NCBI GenBank assembly: GCA_050084985.1 | Contig: JBITNC010000001.1 | Coordinates: forward strand, 3,906,001-3,970,000 | Direction of reading: 5' to 3' | Origin: Nageia nagi | Taxonomy: Eukaryota > Plantae > Pinophyta | DNA length: 64,000 bases | In this document: positions 1 through 11,949 of the stretch, piece by piece | How positions within the stretch are numbered: position 1 is the first letter of the stretch | How the letters are laid out: each line of letters begins with the position of its first letter | Position numbers and translations under genes: made by a program | Notes under the pieces: generated by a model | Database searches by the model: none | Told to the model about the DNA's origin: nothing | What the model saw: only the letters and a program-made list of their open reading frames with translations

Positions 1-679
1 AGGATAGGTAAGAGTGAGGAGATGGTTGGGTTTTGAATCATTGATAGCCCAAAAGGCCTACCATAAATCATATAAATTCATTTCATGATGATTGATACAC
101 ATGAAATATGATCCCTATGATGTTTTTGTGAACTAATAAATTTACCTTACAAAACGAGAGATCCCCTTAGATACTATTGTGTATAAAAATATTTTGTTAA
201 ATTTTAATTGGCATGATTAATTAAATATTTGCAAAATAAAAATAATTTTTTTCTTGATATCTTGATTTATTTTTGCACCATAATATTTTTATTTCAACTC
301 TATGAATTTTATTGAACTAGTGAAAAATAATAACCTCCAAGGTAAGTTGTCTAAAAATATTTGGCCAATCCTAAACCTATATATCCCATCCTCCAATTTA
401 TTTTTGAACCTTGCATGAGGTGTCTCTAAAATTATTGAGCACTATTTCAACCCTTTGGAATTAAAAAAAAAAATGTTGATAAAATTTCACCACAAAAATG
501 GATTGCCATGTCCCCCACAAAAATAAAGGTGATGACATGAGTTATAGTTATTTCTACTAAAATTACTGAAATTATTATTCCAATCTTTTCTATAAATTCC
601 TATGGAGGTATCTTGAAAATTATTTCATTTCATACCTTCTAGATTGATCTTGATTCTAATGCAAGGAGGAGCTCCCATT

Positions 680-3103
680 ATGTCATTCTCTTCCCCAAAT
701 TTAAAGAAGTGCTCTTTCTAATTTTAGCATTTAATTGCTAAAACTTATAGTTTTATTTCTTTGATATATGTCGAAAGATATAAATGTTATTCATAATAAG
801 GATTATTTTAAATTTCATAATTATTTCAAGTGAGTGGTGTTGTACACTTTGTTAATCTTTATGTGTATCCTAAAATAAAAATATTTTAATGTATTTTAAT
901 ATTACTATACTAGTGGATTCTGATTTTGCTAGGGATTCCAATTTTGTTGGATTATAAAATTTGATAATTTTCTTAGCTTTTCATTTTCTATCCTTGTGTG
1001 TTGTTTTCAACCTTTTTTGATTTATCATATTTTATGGTTTGATCATTTTACTCCATTTTAAAATAAGAAGAATAAGCTTTAAGGCTTTCAACTTTCCTAT
1101 AGCGATGCGGAATTCCTCATGCCTCATGAATTTGTTGATCGAATCTTCAAAATACTATGGAAAGGAACAGTTCACAACATAAGAAAGATCAAATTCTAAG
1201 GCATTAATAAACATATATTTCTTTAGATATCCTATTGGTATTACATTGGAAGGTATTTTTTGGTACAATTTATTAAACCAATTGATGAATTGAGCCATTG
1301 ACTCTCTTTATTTTTCTTCATATGCAAAATTTCACTTACTAGCTTGGTGCCAATGACTCAGCTTTTGAATCTAGCTAGAAAGATTGTTGTAAGATCATCC
1401 CAAAAGGTTATTGACTTGGGTGGTATAGAATTATACTAATGTAATTCCTCTTCTATGAATGTCCAAACCAAAATTCTAACTCCTACATCTTCATGTTTTA
1501 TGGCTGAAATTTCATTAAATATGCAAAAAAAATCAAGGTGTTCTTCAACAGTAATACTTAACATTTCCTCAAGGTAAATGAGGAAGATTTTTGTATCTCT
1601 AAGGAGCTTATGTTTATCTCTAGTTAGATCCATTGGTCCTACATTATTTAACCATGGTCTTGAATCACCTTTGCCAATGTTTTTATTTGCACTACCTCCA
1701 ACTCCTCCTCCAAATCCACCTCCTCCTAGACTGCCAAGTCTACTAGGTACACCACCACCATGATCGAAAACTCCACCACCACAAAAACTTCAAGGGGTGG
1801 TGAATTTCCACCACTACCAACCCCTTCACCTTTCATGATTAGTTTATATGTGTGTACAAGTGTTGTATGAATCAATGTAAATAAATCAAAATATCAGGGT
1901 TAGCTTTGTAAAGGCTCAAGATTTTTTTATATATGGAAAATTATTTGGCCTTGGTTTTGTTCTCTTTTTAACTATATTTTTACTCTTCAAAGTTCTCTTT
2001 CTAGTAGGTAGAATCTACACTCCAACTCCCATTATCTTCTTATATAGAACTCTTTGTTTCACATCTGACTAGACTTGTAGTTTTGATCAAACAAGAACAA
2101 CCTACAATTATGTCAAATCAAGAAAAATTATAGTTTTGTTCACCTCTAATTCGTATAGAATTAAATGATATTTAATGGAAAGTACAAACTTGGACTTTTG
2201 ATCAATGAACTCTTCTTCTATTTTAGAATCATGTTTGATGGATATTTCCCAAAATTAAAGTCTCTTCTATAAAAGGTTGTTCCTTCTATTTTTTATTTTG
2301 TATTACAAATAACACTACTTCTCATTGAATTTGAAGAAGATATAGATATCTTCTTACCAACTAGTTTTTGATATAATCCTCTATAGGTAGGGCTCTTTCT
2401 TGGCTTCTCTTTTTGGTTTCTTCTTTCATGATATCAATGAAATTAGTTAAGAATTCAGATGATATAGATTTATTGTAGGCAATGGCCAAATTGTCTACAC
2501 CAATCAACACCAATTTTAATGATAATAATTAAACTAGATCCCTTTATATGAGTAAGAGGAGTTTGATTCTAAAATCAATAACATCTTTTACTTTGAATTC
2601 TTCTTCTAATCCCCAATGAAGGCCAACTTCTTCATCAAAAACTCTTTCGGGTCCGAACACCCACCCTATCATTTTTTAACCTACTTTGCTTCTAAAAAAG
2701 CCTAATGAGGGAATTTCTCCTATTGGTTCAATTTCTAAACTATTTGGTTGATGAGACATTCTTTCTTCACCTCTTCTTACTATTTCCCTTTGAGTTACTG
2801 ATAATGCATCAAGCAAAAACTAATTAAAAAATAGAGTTTATTTATAACAATTTCTTAAACTCTATTGACTAGAAGAGGTCTCCTACCAAAGTGACAGTTA
2901 GGGTTCTCCATTGTACTTCATCTCACTTTTTATTATTTTCCTAAATCTTATAAGTTCTCTTTTCAAATAAAAGAGTAAGTTATAGTTTTTGGTGACTAAA
3001 AAAATTCTTTTCCTAAGTGATTAAGTAGTAAAGTCACCAGGCGAACTTAACTTAGATAAATTATTTCAATGCAAAAAGACTCAATTCCCTAGCAGCATTG
3101 CCA
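680..3103 (-). mobile_element. Decayed Ty3/gypsy (Athila-like) gag region with degenerate tRNA-Asp PBS
   Basis: Minus-strand ORF 1436-1633 (ITVEEHLDFF..EISAIKHEDVGVRILVWTF) resembles the retrotransposon gag core. It is preceded by a Gly-rich stretch (1690-1830) and a candidate ATG at 2759. Reverse complement of 3086-3103 (TGGCAATGCTGCTAGGGA) matches the tRNA-Asp PBS TGGCGCCGTTGCCGGGGA mostly with C>T/G>A changes. Many stops. Confidence 0.6.
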
Positions 3104-3665
3104 CTTTTTGCTAAGCACTTTTTCTTGCAAAAGAAAAAATGGACAATAAGGATTGTATAATCCTCCTTTTAATGAGTGGATTGTTTATGGGCTTCAACTA
3201 GCTAAAACAATAGATTCCTACAAAACATATTAACTAGAAAATAATTCCTTTTTACTAATCAACTAGTAAAAGAAAGAGTTTAAAATAACTTCAACTACAA
3301 TGCTTGCTCAAAGTTAAGGAAGTTAAAATATTCCTAGATAATAACTTAAAAGTTGAGTGTTCTTATTAATCTTAATCTTAAAAAATATAATAATTTCTTG
3401 CAACAATGAGAGAGAGATATATATACAAAAATTCCTTCGTTTCCCTTTAATAAGACTCAAGGGAGATGAAGGGTTTTGACTATTCACCTACTCTATTTCA
3501 ATTACAAAATTATCTCCTCAATTCTTGAAGATTCTTCATATTTCCTACACTAATCATCCAGTGACAACTAACTATAACAACTAACTACGATTACATGAAT
3601 TTTTCATTTTTTTGAAATAAAAATCCTTTTTTTATTGAATTACCATGTATCCTTGCACCAACCAT

Positions 3666-5640
3666 TTAGACTATGAACCCTACCCAAGTATGGAGACATG
3701 GGTGAGACTTCAACTTGAGAACATCTTCATTTTCAAATAGTTTATCAGTTGACCCTTTCCAAGGCATGAGACATGGATGAGACATGGGCTTCACCAAATC
3801 TTGAAAGCATCTTGCAACTTCTTCTGCAGGTCCTTTCCTATGAACTTTATCAGCTTGCATATTTGTAATTTCAAACCATTTGTATCAAATAAAATTTCAT
3901 CGTCTAGTTTTTAATTTCATATATGAGGTCTCACATTCTAAGTTCAAAGATGACCAACTAGGCTTTTATTATGCTCTTTTCATTATTCCTTAATTGTGTT
4001 TTCTCTGTTAGCATGCCTCCATCAAAGAACTGTATGTTGATTATTTGCAACATGACTTTCAACTTCTCATATACAACTCTAAATTTTGATACCATTGAGT
4101 TGCATTTCTCTTCTGCTACTGGAAACCATCCAAGATAAAAGAAAAATTTATCAAGATATTCATTTGAATGATTATAGTGAAGCTAGTTGTTTTAAGATAT
4201 ATTACATATTTTCTTCCTAATCTTTTTTTTCCACTATGATCTTTCTTTCCATATCCTTCAATTCTTTCCTAATATATATATAAAAAATTAAGTAAACACA
4301 TCATAAGCATTGTCAAATGTAATGAGTAATTGCAAAATGAGAGTTTGAGATTTCTTGGTGAAGGAATCTCCCTTTTGATAATTGATCTTCAAATTATTTT
4401 TATCTTTGGTAAAATACTTCTAATTTTTACATTTCACTTATTCTAACTTCAATTTCTCTTCTAGCTCTTTAACATTTTGTTTGTGCTTCACTAATTTCTA
4501 CATATGGTGCATGGCAGATTTCCCCATATAAGTTGATTTATCTTCATAACATTTATGATGTCATATTTATCTTTGTGAATTCTAAGAATGGTAGGATCCT
4601 TTGGCTTCTTTTTGTTACTGTATACCTTTTTCATAAAGATTTTTCATTGGCTTCAATTCCTTCAAAAAGTTCAAAAGTAACTTAGAAGGCTTTTCTGGGG
4701 TTTCCATCATCACCATAAACATCATCATATATACCATCACCATTACCAATTTTGGTCACATCTTGCAAGTTCTTTAGATATGTATTCAAATCTACTCCTT
4801 CAAGCCAAGTTTTGTCATTAATTTTTTGAGGTGGTGAAGGTGAATTTACAGGAACAAGCCACTTTTTGGAGACTTAATCATGCTCATATTTATTCATTTT
4901 ATTTCTTCTTTCAAAATTCTCCATTGATATAATCTTCACAAACTAATCCTCCTCCTCCTCCTTGACCAACATTCATTATGCTACCTAAGATGTTGGATCT
5001 TCTTGCTCTATTCTAGCTTTTCCAGGTTAGGTTCCTTTTGTCATTATTTCAATCCTTTGTTACATGTTGAATCTCTCCCTAAAGTATGCATTGGCACTAA
5101 AGTTCCTTTTGTATGTCATATTGGGATATAAGGTATTTTCCCTTCTTCAAAGTATTTAATGTTTATATATTCATCTCCTCCTTCACTTTGATCCCCACCT
5201 TGGCTTCGACTCCTACTTTTAGTAGAGGAACTACTTGCACTCCCTAACCTTTATCGTTTGGACTCACTATTTGTTTCTTATTCTTAGCCTTCTTTATTAG
5301 AACTATATTTTCCATATCCTGGGGCTCATTAATAGGATTCTCATTTAAATGTGCCTCTTGGCCCATTTCATCACCTTCTTATTCAAAGGCTTGCTCTAAT
5401 TCAAGTAACAATTCTTCAACCCTTCCATATTTAGGGGAATCTTTAGGAGTGTATATTTTTTGTAACTAATTGATTACATTTATATCTATCATAATTCCAA
5501 ATTGGTTGATGCCTACTAGACCCATTTGCTAAAGGATTCTCCTATCGAAGATCTACTTTGTAGTGGTAATAAGGGTCTTCTTAAGAGCTCATAATCAATG
5601 GGAGATGAAGGTAGTATCACTATTTTTCCTTCCTTGTCTC
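3666..5640 (-). mobile_element. Degenerate retroelement accessory ORF (charged/coiled-coil-like), unclassified
   Basis: Broken E/K-rich minus-strand reading frames ending at ...HPCLHTWVGFIV* (3666); lies between TE remnants; no splice structure seen. Confidence 0.3.
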
Positions 5641-5849
5641 TTTCTCTTGTTCTTACTTAATCTTACTCGATATCTCTAAAATTTCAATATCAAAAATTAC
5701 ATTCTGATACCTTTTGATATTTCCCAAATACTTATGTTGGAAAGATTATTTGAAATTGGACCTAAAGTATGCATCAATCAACCTATCAAGGTCTTGATTA
5801 TTTCCTACATTCATTTTACCTAAACCATAGTTAAATTCTAAAAATTATG

Positions 5850-6700
5850 ATGTAAATATTGTAGGCCTTAGTGATTCTAATTGGGGTATTAATCTATATG
5901 AGAGGAAGTTAACATCTAGAAATCATTTTAGTCTTAGATCTAGTCTAATCACATTATCTTAAAAGAAGCAAATAATAGTCGCATTATCATCCATAGAGGC
6001 TAAATGCATAACAATCACTAGTGCTGGTGCATAAGCATTATGGTTGAAAAACTACTTTAAGAGACTAGTGAATAAAAATGTGGTGCTACAACCTTGTACT
6101 ATGACAACATGAGTGGAATCCAGCTTGCAGAAAATTCATTCCATCATAATAGATCAAAATATTTTTATTTAAAATACCATTTCATCATTTATATAGTTGA
6201 GTAGAACGATTATTGAGTTACAACACATCAACATCAAAGAAAATATAGTTGATTTATTCATCAAGGGTGTGATAAAGTCTCAATTTTTGAAGCTAAGAAA
6301 GTTCCTAGTCTGCCCCTCAGCATCAAGGGGATTAATGTTAGAATTATGACTTGACAAAGACTCCAAAATCATCTCTCTATATTAGGATCATAGTTTACAC
6401 AATTTAGCATGAACATCCAACTTAGATCACATGCAACTTATCTCGATCATGTGCATCTAGTAGAAGATCATAGACCTATCCAAGGTAACTATCCATTTAA
6501 GTTTGATTTTCTTATTATGTGTGATTGTAGATGATTCCAAGTGATCGCATATATCTTCATTTGATTATGTACATTTCAATATGTTATCATAGTGTTCCTA
6601 TTTATCTTATTCATGTGGTATGTATAATAATGAATGTAACACACTTACCTCTAATCACATGAGATCCATCTCGATCATAATGTGTTCATTTTGAACAAAT
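5850..6700 (+). mobile_element. Ty1/copia RNase H fragment, PPT and start of 3' LTR
   Basis: Translates as GLSDSNWG..ERKLTS..KKQIIVALSSIEAK..LYYDNMSGIQLAEN..NIVDLFIKG, matching the copia RNase H consensus (SDSDWAG, KKQ..VALSSTEAEY, DN.SAI.LA.N, ADIFTK). Purine tract ATCAAGGGGA is followed by TGTTAG at 6336. LTR end not located. Confidence 0.85.
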
Positions 6701-7060
6701 AAGATCCATTGTTTGTTATTAATAAGAGTGCGGCTAAATCATATTTGTTTTGGTTCTTTCTCCATGATGGGGGATTATTAAAACATATTATTTAGTGGAT
6801 TTATTTCTTTTATTATATAGAACAATTGGTAGATGTTTCATGGATTGTTATTTAGGTTTTGGCATATTTTGATTGTTGGACTAATTACACATTTGTATGC
6901 TTGCTAGGAATGTATTATTCTCAGTCAATTATTTTGTAATATTGTACACCTCAGGGATTCTTCTGTTACATCTTATTGATGTGTATATTGTACTTTGCTT
7001 ATCAATGAATATATTCAATCAGTGTTATCCATTTTGTTAGAAACCATTTCTAAATGGAAA

Positions 7061-7850
7061 TGTAATCCCCCTTGTCCATAATCAAATAGACAATAGAAAG
7101 AGAGAACATGCCTAATGCAGAATGATATGATCTTGATATGGTAAATGGTGTGTTTTTTATTATTTTTCTAATATAAAATGATATGTATGCTACAAATATA
7201 TTTTAAATGATAATACATGTTGATCTATGCTAAATTCTAATGAGAAATGCTCATCAATAAATTGATAATATCATAAATTCTTGAAATTCCTAACATGCTT
7301 TTAGCCTAAAATGAAAACTATATGCACAAAATAACACTAAAATAAAAGAAACATATGCTAGTAAAGGATATTTATAGTCTCCATGGCTCCTAATCTCTCC
7401 ATGCACTTGCAAAAACTCCCAAACCTAATGCAACTATGTTGAAATGATTAAATATTGCTCATATGCTCATGGTGGTTACTATGGGATTCAAAAGATGTGA
7501 CATATAGTGTTAAATTGGCTTCAAGTTTTAGGCTCAAAGGTTTGTTAGTGGAAATAATGGAGATTTAAATTCAAAATAGAGCTAGAAGAAGTTCAAAATA
7601 AAATGTTTTTCTTTTATGCTCATTCTATACCTAATCAGTTGGTCTATTAGGGTTGATAGACCTAACCAGTCGATTGTTACGCTAACTTGATTTATTATTT
7701 TGACCTATTTTGATTAGGTTTGACTAAGTGTTTATCGATGTTCAAATGTTATTATTTTCTATACTTTGACTAATACTCATGTTATTATTTAATTTGACAT
7801 GTATTCTTATGATGTCCATTTTTGTGGTATCTACAGTTGCCTCCTTTTGA
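7061..7850 (-). mobile_element. Gypsy-type 3' LTR with PPT (minus strand)
   Basis: Reverse complement around 7831-7850 reads TCAAAAGGAGGCAAC-TGTAG (PPT then LTR start at 7835). The far end is tentatively placed at TGTAATCCCC (7061). Confidence 0.5.
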
Positions 7851-8152
7851 GTTGATTCTTGCAAGCATACAAGGCTTAGCATAAAAATCAAAGATGTCAT
7901 GATTATTGATGAAATATAAAAGACATGACTATGACTAATGATATGATGATGATGATAATCAATGATGTATGATGTGTGATAAATGCTTAATGTTATTTTG
8001 TTAACAGGGATGACAAATGGGTGTGGGTATGCAAACCTACCTCATAAGTGTTAAATGCTCTAAAAAATGGTCAATGCTAAATAAACTAGTTTATAGAAAT
8101 ATGTTATTTAGTTTGTATTATGATATGTTATGCTTAATGATGTGATCATCCT

Positions 8153-8660
8153 AACTTTGCCCCATGTTGAATGGATTGCAAGGGAAATAATGTTAATGAT
8201 TACCTTTCCCCATGTTGAATAGCTTGTAAGGATTATAATGCTCAAAATGATAAACTTTGCCCCATGTTAAGTGGATCAAAAATATGAAAATGTTAATGAT
8301 TACCTTTCCCCATGTTGAATAGCTTGTAAGGATTATAATGCTCAAAATTATAAACTTTGCCCCATGTTAAGTGGATCAAAAATATGAAAATGTTAATGAT
8401 TACCTTTCCCCATGTTGAATAGCTTGTAAGGATTATAATGCTTAAAATGATAAAATTTGCCCCATGTTAAGTGGATCAAAAATATGAAAATATTAATGAT
8501 CACCTTACTCCATGTTGTATGGATCATAAGGAGGATAATGCTCACACTAAACATAATTATATGAAGGTGACCTCTTTACCCCATGTTAAATGGATCATAA
8601 ATAAATTCTCTCCCTAACCCATGATAAATGGATCGTAAGGAGGATAATGCTCAAAATAAT
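8153..8660. repeat. 100-bp tandem repeat (about 4 units, each two related ~50-bp subunits) plus diverged trailing copies
   Basis: TGTTAATGATTACCTTTCCCCATGTTGAATAGC occurs at 8191, 8291, 8391 with a variant at 8491; both half-units carry a CCCCATGTT core. Confidence 0.95.
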
Positions 8661-8869
8661 CATAACAAATTAATAATAACTTTTCTATAAGTAATGGTAA
8701 GCAAAGTATTATGCTCAAGGATAATGCTAAAGCCAATGTGTATGATGTGCTACCAATATGCTAGGATTTTGATCCATAATCCCTAATCACCCTAGCATTC
8801 TAAGGTCAACATAACGAATTCTCATACTTGTATATTTCCAAGTGCTTATGGAAATTTTAATATTTAAGC

Positions 8870-9470
8870 AATTATAAAATACAAAATAATTACCAAAATA
8901 AATAAAAGAGAGAAATCATTCACCACAAAATGTGAAATTGATATACCCTAGTTCACCCAATGTGGGCTACATCTAGCATGTTTAAACTATGGTGAAAAGT
9001 GAGTACAATGTCATTATCTTAAGGCCTCCAATCTCCAAGTGGATCTCACCTTCTACTAACACAATAATATCACTAGTCTCTCAATAACTCTCATGTTATG
9101 TTCACATGGAATTTTAACAATTGCTTATGCTTTCAATAGAATAGCATCTCTCCCAATTCCCTCTAAGAAATGGGGCTCTCAATTCTACTCTCAAAATTTC
9201 ACTCACAAGAATTCTCTCCTTGAATTCTATCTAACCCTTACATAATAATAATAATAAACTCTTAGCAAACTTTAACCACCTCATTTAAAAATCCTAAGTA
9301 AAATATATAGTGGGCAGCTAGTTTATGGAGGTACCATTTAGCACAAGAGGTTCCAAATTAAGTGGAGTCAAATCCCCATTTAATCGGTGTATTACCCATA
9401 TTCCAACCTAGTGATTTAACTCCCACATGCAAGCTTATCAACTAATGGATTTCCCAAATCATTCATCTCT
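8870..9470 (-). mobile_element. Probable LTR fragment (copia-like, reverse orientation)
   Basis: GTTCACCCAATGTGGGCTACATC and CT-rich tracts resemble reversed plant copia LTR interiors; termini not resolved. Confidence 0.3.
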
Positions 9471-10847
9471 ATAATATCAATGACTTATCAAGTGGACTCC
9501 ATATGGTGGCACCCTTTTTGCCTATTGACTTGTTAAGTTGTGGATGGTTTGATTTGCAAGATGAGTAATACGGTAGCTGAAATTTTTGGGTAGATTGCTT
9601 GATGTCTCTATTACCTATGGGTCCACTCCATAATGTGCCAATGGATGATGAGGTGGCCTTTATACTTGTCATCAGGCAATTTACATTGGCTACCTTGGCA
9701 GTTTACAATTGGTTGGTTGTTTGATGGTTGGCAATTGACCAAATACCCATTGCTACCATTAATCATAAATTCCATACTCCCCTTTGCATCTAATTTGTTG
9801 CTTATTCAATTGATGTCACCTTGGGATGTCACCACGTATATAGCCTCCCCCATTACATTAAACACCAACTTGCTAGAGAATGCTTTGTATCCACTAAATC
9901 GTACATGTCCAAGACTTATACCATCCACTTAAAAGATTTTGACTATTCATGTTGTATATCCTTATAATGAGGATGCCACCTTCAACTTTGGTCCCACCAA
10001 TGGGAATTAAAAGGTGTGAATAATTTCATTTTCCTTTTGATTTTAAAAAATAATAATTTTTAATTATTTTTTTTCAAAACTTCGAGGAGTGATAACTTGT
10101 GAACAATAACTCATTTTTCTTCACCATTCTAAGCATCGAGATATTGTAGAAGAGGAATTCAACATCAAGCACATAAATATAGAAAAATAGGAACTTGATT
10201 TTTTACATTTTTAATACATATGAAAATCTATTTTCAGATCAAATTTGGGGGTATTTACCTTAACATTAGGAAGGTACCTTGACCCCAAATAATGGTATGA
10301 TGTTTGGAAAAAGGTGATGTTAACAAAACATCAATTGATCATTATTAAGTGGTCATTGATCATGCTATGAAGATATGTTATCAAAGATCAAAGCTCATGA
10401 TAAAAATAAAACATGATTATTACTCATTGATGAATGATAAAAATGAGAACATGATTAAAGATATTTATTCATTTGAAATTCATTATCACTTGTTCCACAA
10501 GATTATGTTTCCCTTAGAAATGATGATAGTCAACAATAAATGATCAACCCCAAGGGATTGATTGTAAGACAACCTGATAATATGATTATCACTCAATTGG
10601 TTACATCCTCATTATGAAAGAGGTCTATGGATAGTGATAATGATATCAAGTCAAATAGACATCAAAGATATTTACCTATGATGATATGATAATGATGATA
10701 ATATGTAAGGCACACTTGATGTAAGCATAAGGATAATGATAATACATGAAGATAAACAAGAGATAACATATACCATGATAATATGGTATATATAGGGTAA
10801 GTGCAAGAAGTTGAGTCTCACTTTGGAGAAAGTCTTAGGAACTATTA

Positions 10848-11548
10848 GGTTTTTGTATTTGTTTAATAACTTTTTATTCTTTTGGAATCATGAAAAAAAT
10901 ATGTGTACATAATCTACATATAATTCTCCACAAGTTAAAAATAATAATAATGGTAATAATAATAAGTTTAGGTCAAATTATACTTGTCAGATATGAGCAC
11001 TTTTCAAAATGATAATCATGGTCAATAAGAAATTAATAATAAAAAATATTCATGAAAAGATTACAAAAAAATATCCTCCATAATCTTTAGGATCTTAGGT
11101 ATCTTTACCGAAAGGATTTAAAAAAATATTTTAATTTAGGTCAAATTTGCTTATCAGACATGATGGGTATGGCCCTGAAACTATAGTTTTTAAATAGTGG
11201 GTTTTGTATTTGTTTAATAACTTTTTATTTTTTTGGAATTTTGAAAAAAAAAACTATATGTGCACAATCTACATAAAATTATTTATAAGTAAAAAAAACA
11301 AATTAAAAATGATAAGTTTAGGTCAAATTATGCTTATTGGATGCTAGCACTTTTCAAAACGATAATCAAGGCCAATAAATAATTAATAAAAAATAAAATA
11401 TTCATTTTACAAATAAATTATCCTCCATAATATTTGGTTTCCTAGGTATCTTTACCCAAAAGGATTTAAAAAAATATTTTAACTTAGGTCCAATTTTGCT
11501 TGTCGGACACGATGGGATATGGTCCTGAAACTATATTTTTTAAATAGT
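10848..11548. repeat. Diverged tandem duplication, ~351-bp unit x2
   Basis: TTTTGTATTTGTTTAATAACTTTTTATT...TTTAGGTCAAATTAT...GGATTTAAAAAAATATTTTAA...CCTGAAACTATA..TTTTAAATAGT occurs in copies starting near 10848 and 11199. Confidence 0.9.
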
Positions 11549-11949
11549 AGTATATTTTTAAAATGGTAGTTTTAAACATGTCTATTAAATATTAATTTCT
11601 ATAATCTTAGTATTAGAATAAATTACATATTTGAAAACTAGACTTAAAGAACTATATTTTTACCAAGCGACCTTTTTCAATATTTGAACTCTAAGTGCTT
11701 CAAATTTTGAGATCAAGTGTAACCAAACCCAAAGATCAGGGAAAACACTTCCACTTTTTTATCAAAAGTGGGATTCATATTATTGCACTTACCCTACAAT
11801 TATGGCAAATAAAACATGATGAAAAATGGCAAAGAAAACATGATGAAAAATGATGAACAATGATGAGGAAAAATGATGAAGAAGATATAAATATAAAGAA
11901 GACTTGTGATGGTACAAGGATATGAGTGACTATTATCTTACCTTACAAT

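Noticed and set aside
8153-8660. CRISPR-like or ribozyme (retrozyme) array
   Set aside because: The intervening sequences are repeated rather than unique spacers, the context is eukaryotic, and no hammerhead CTGANGA/GAAA core arrangement was seen.
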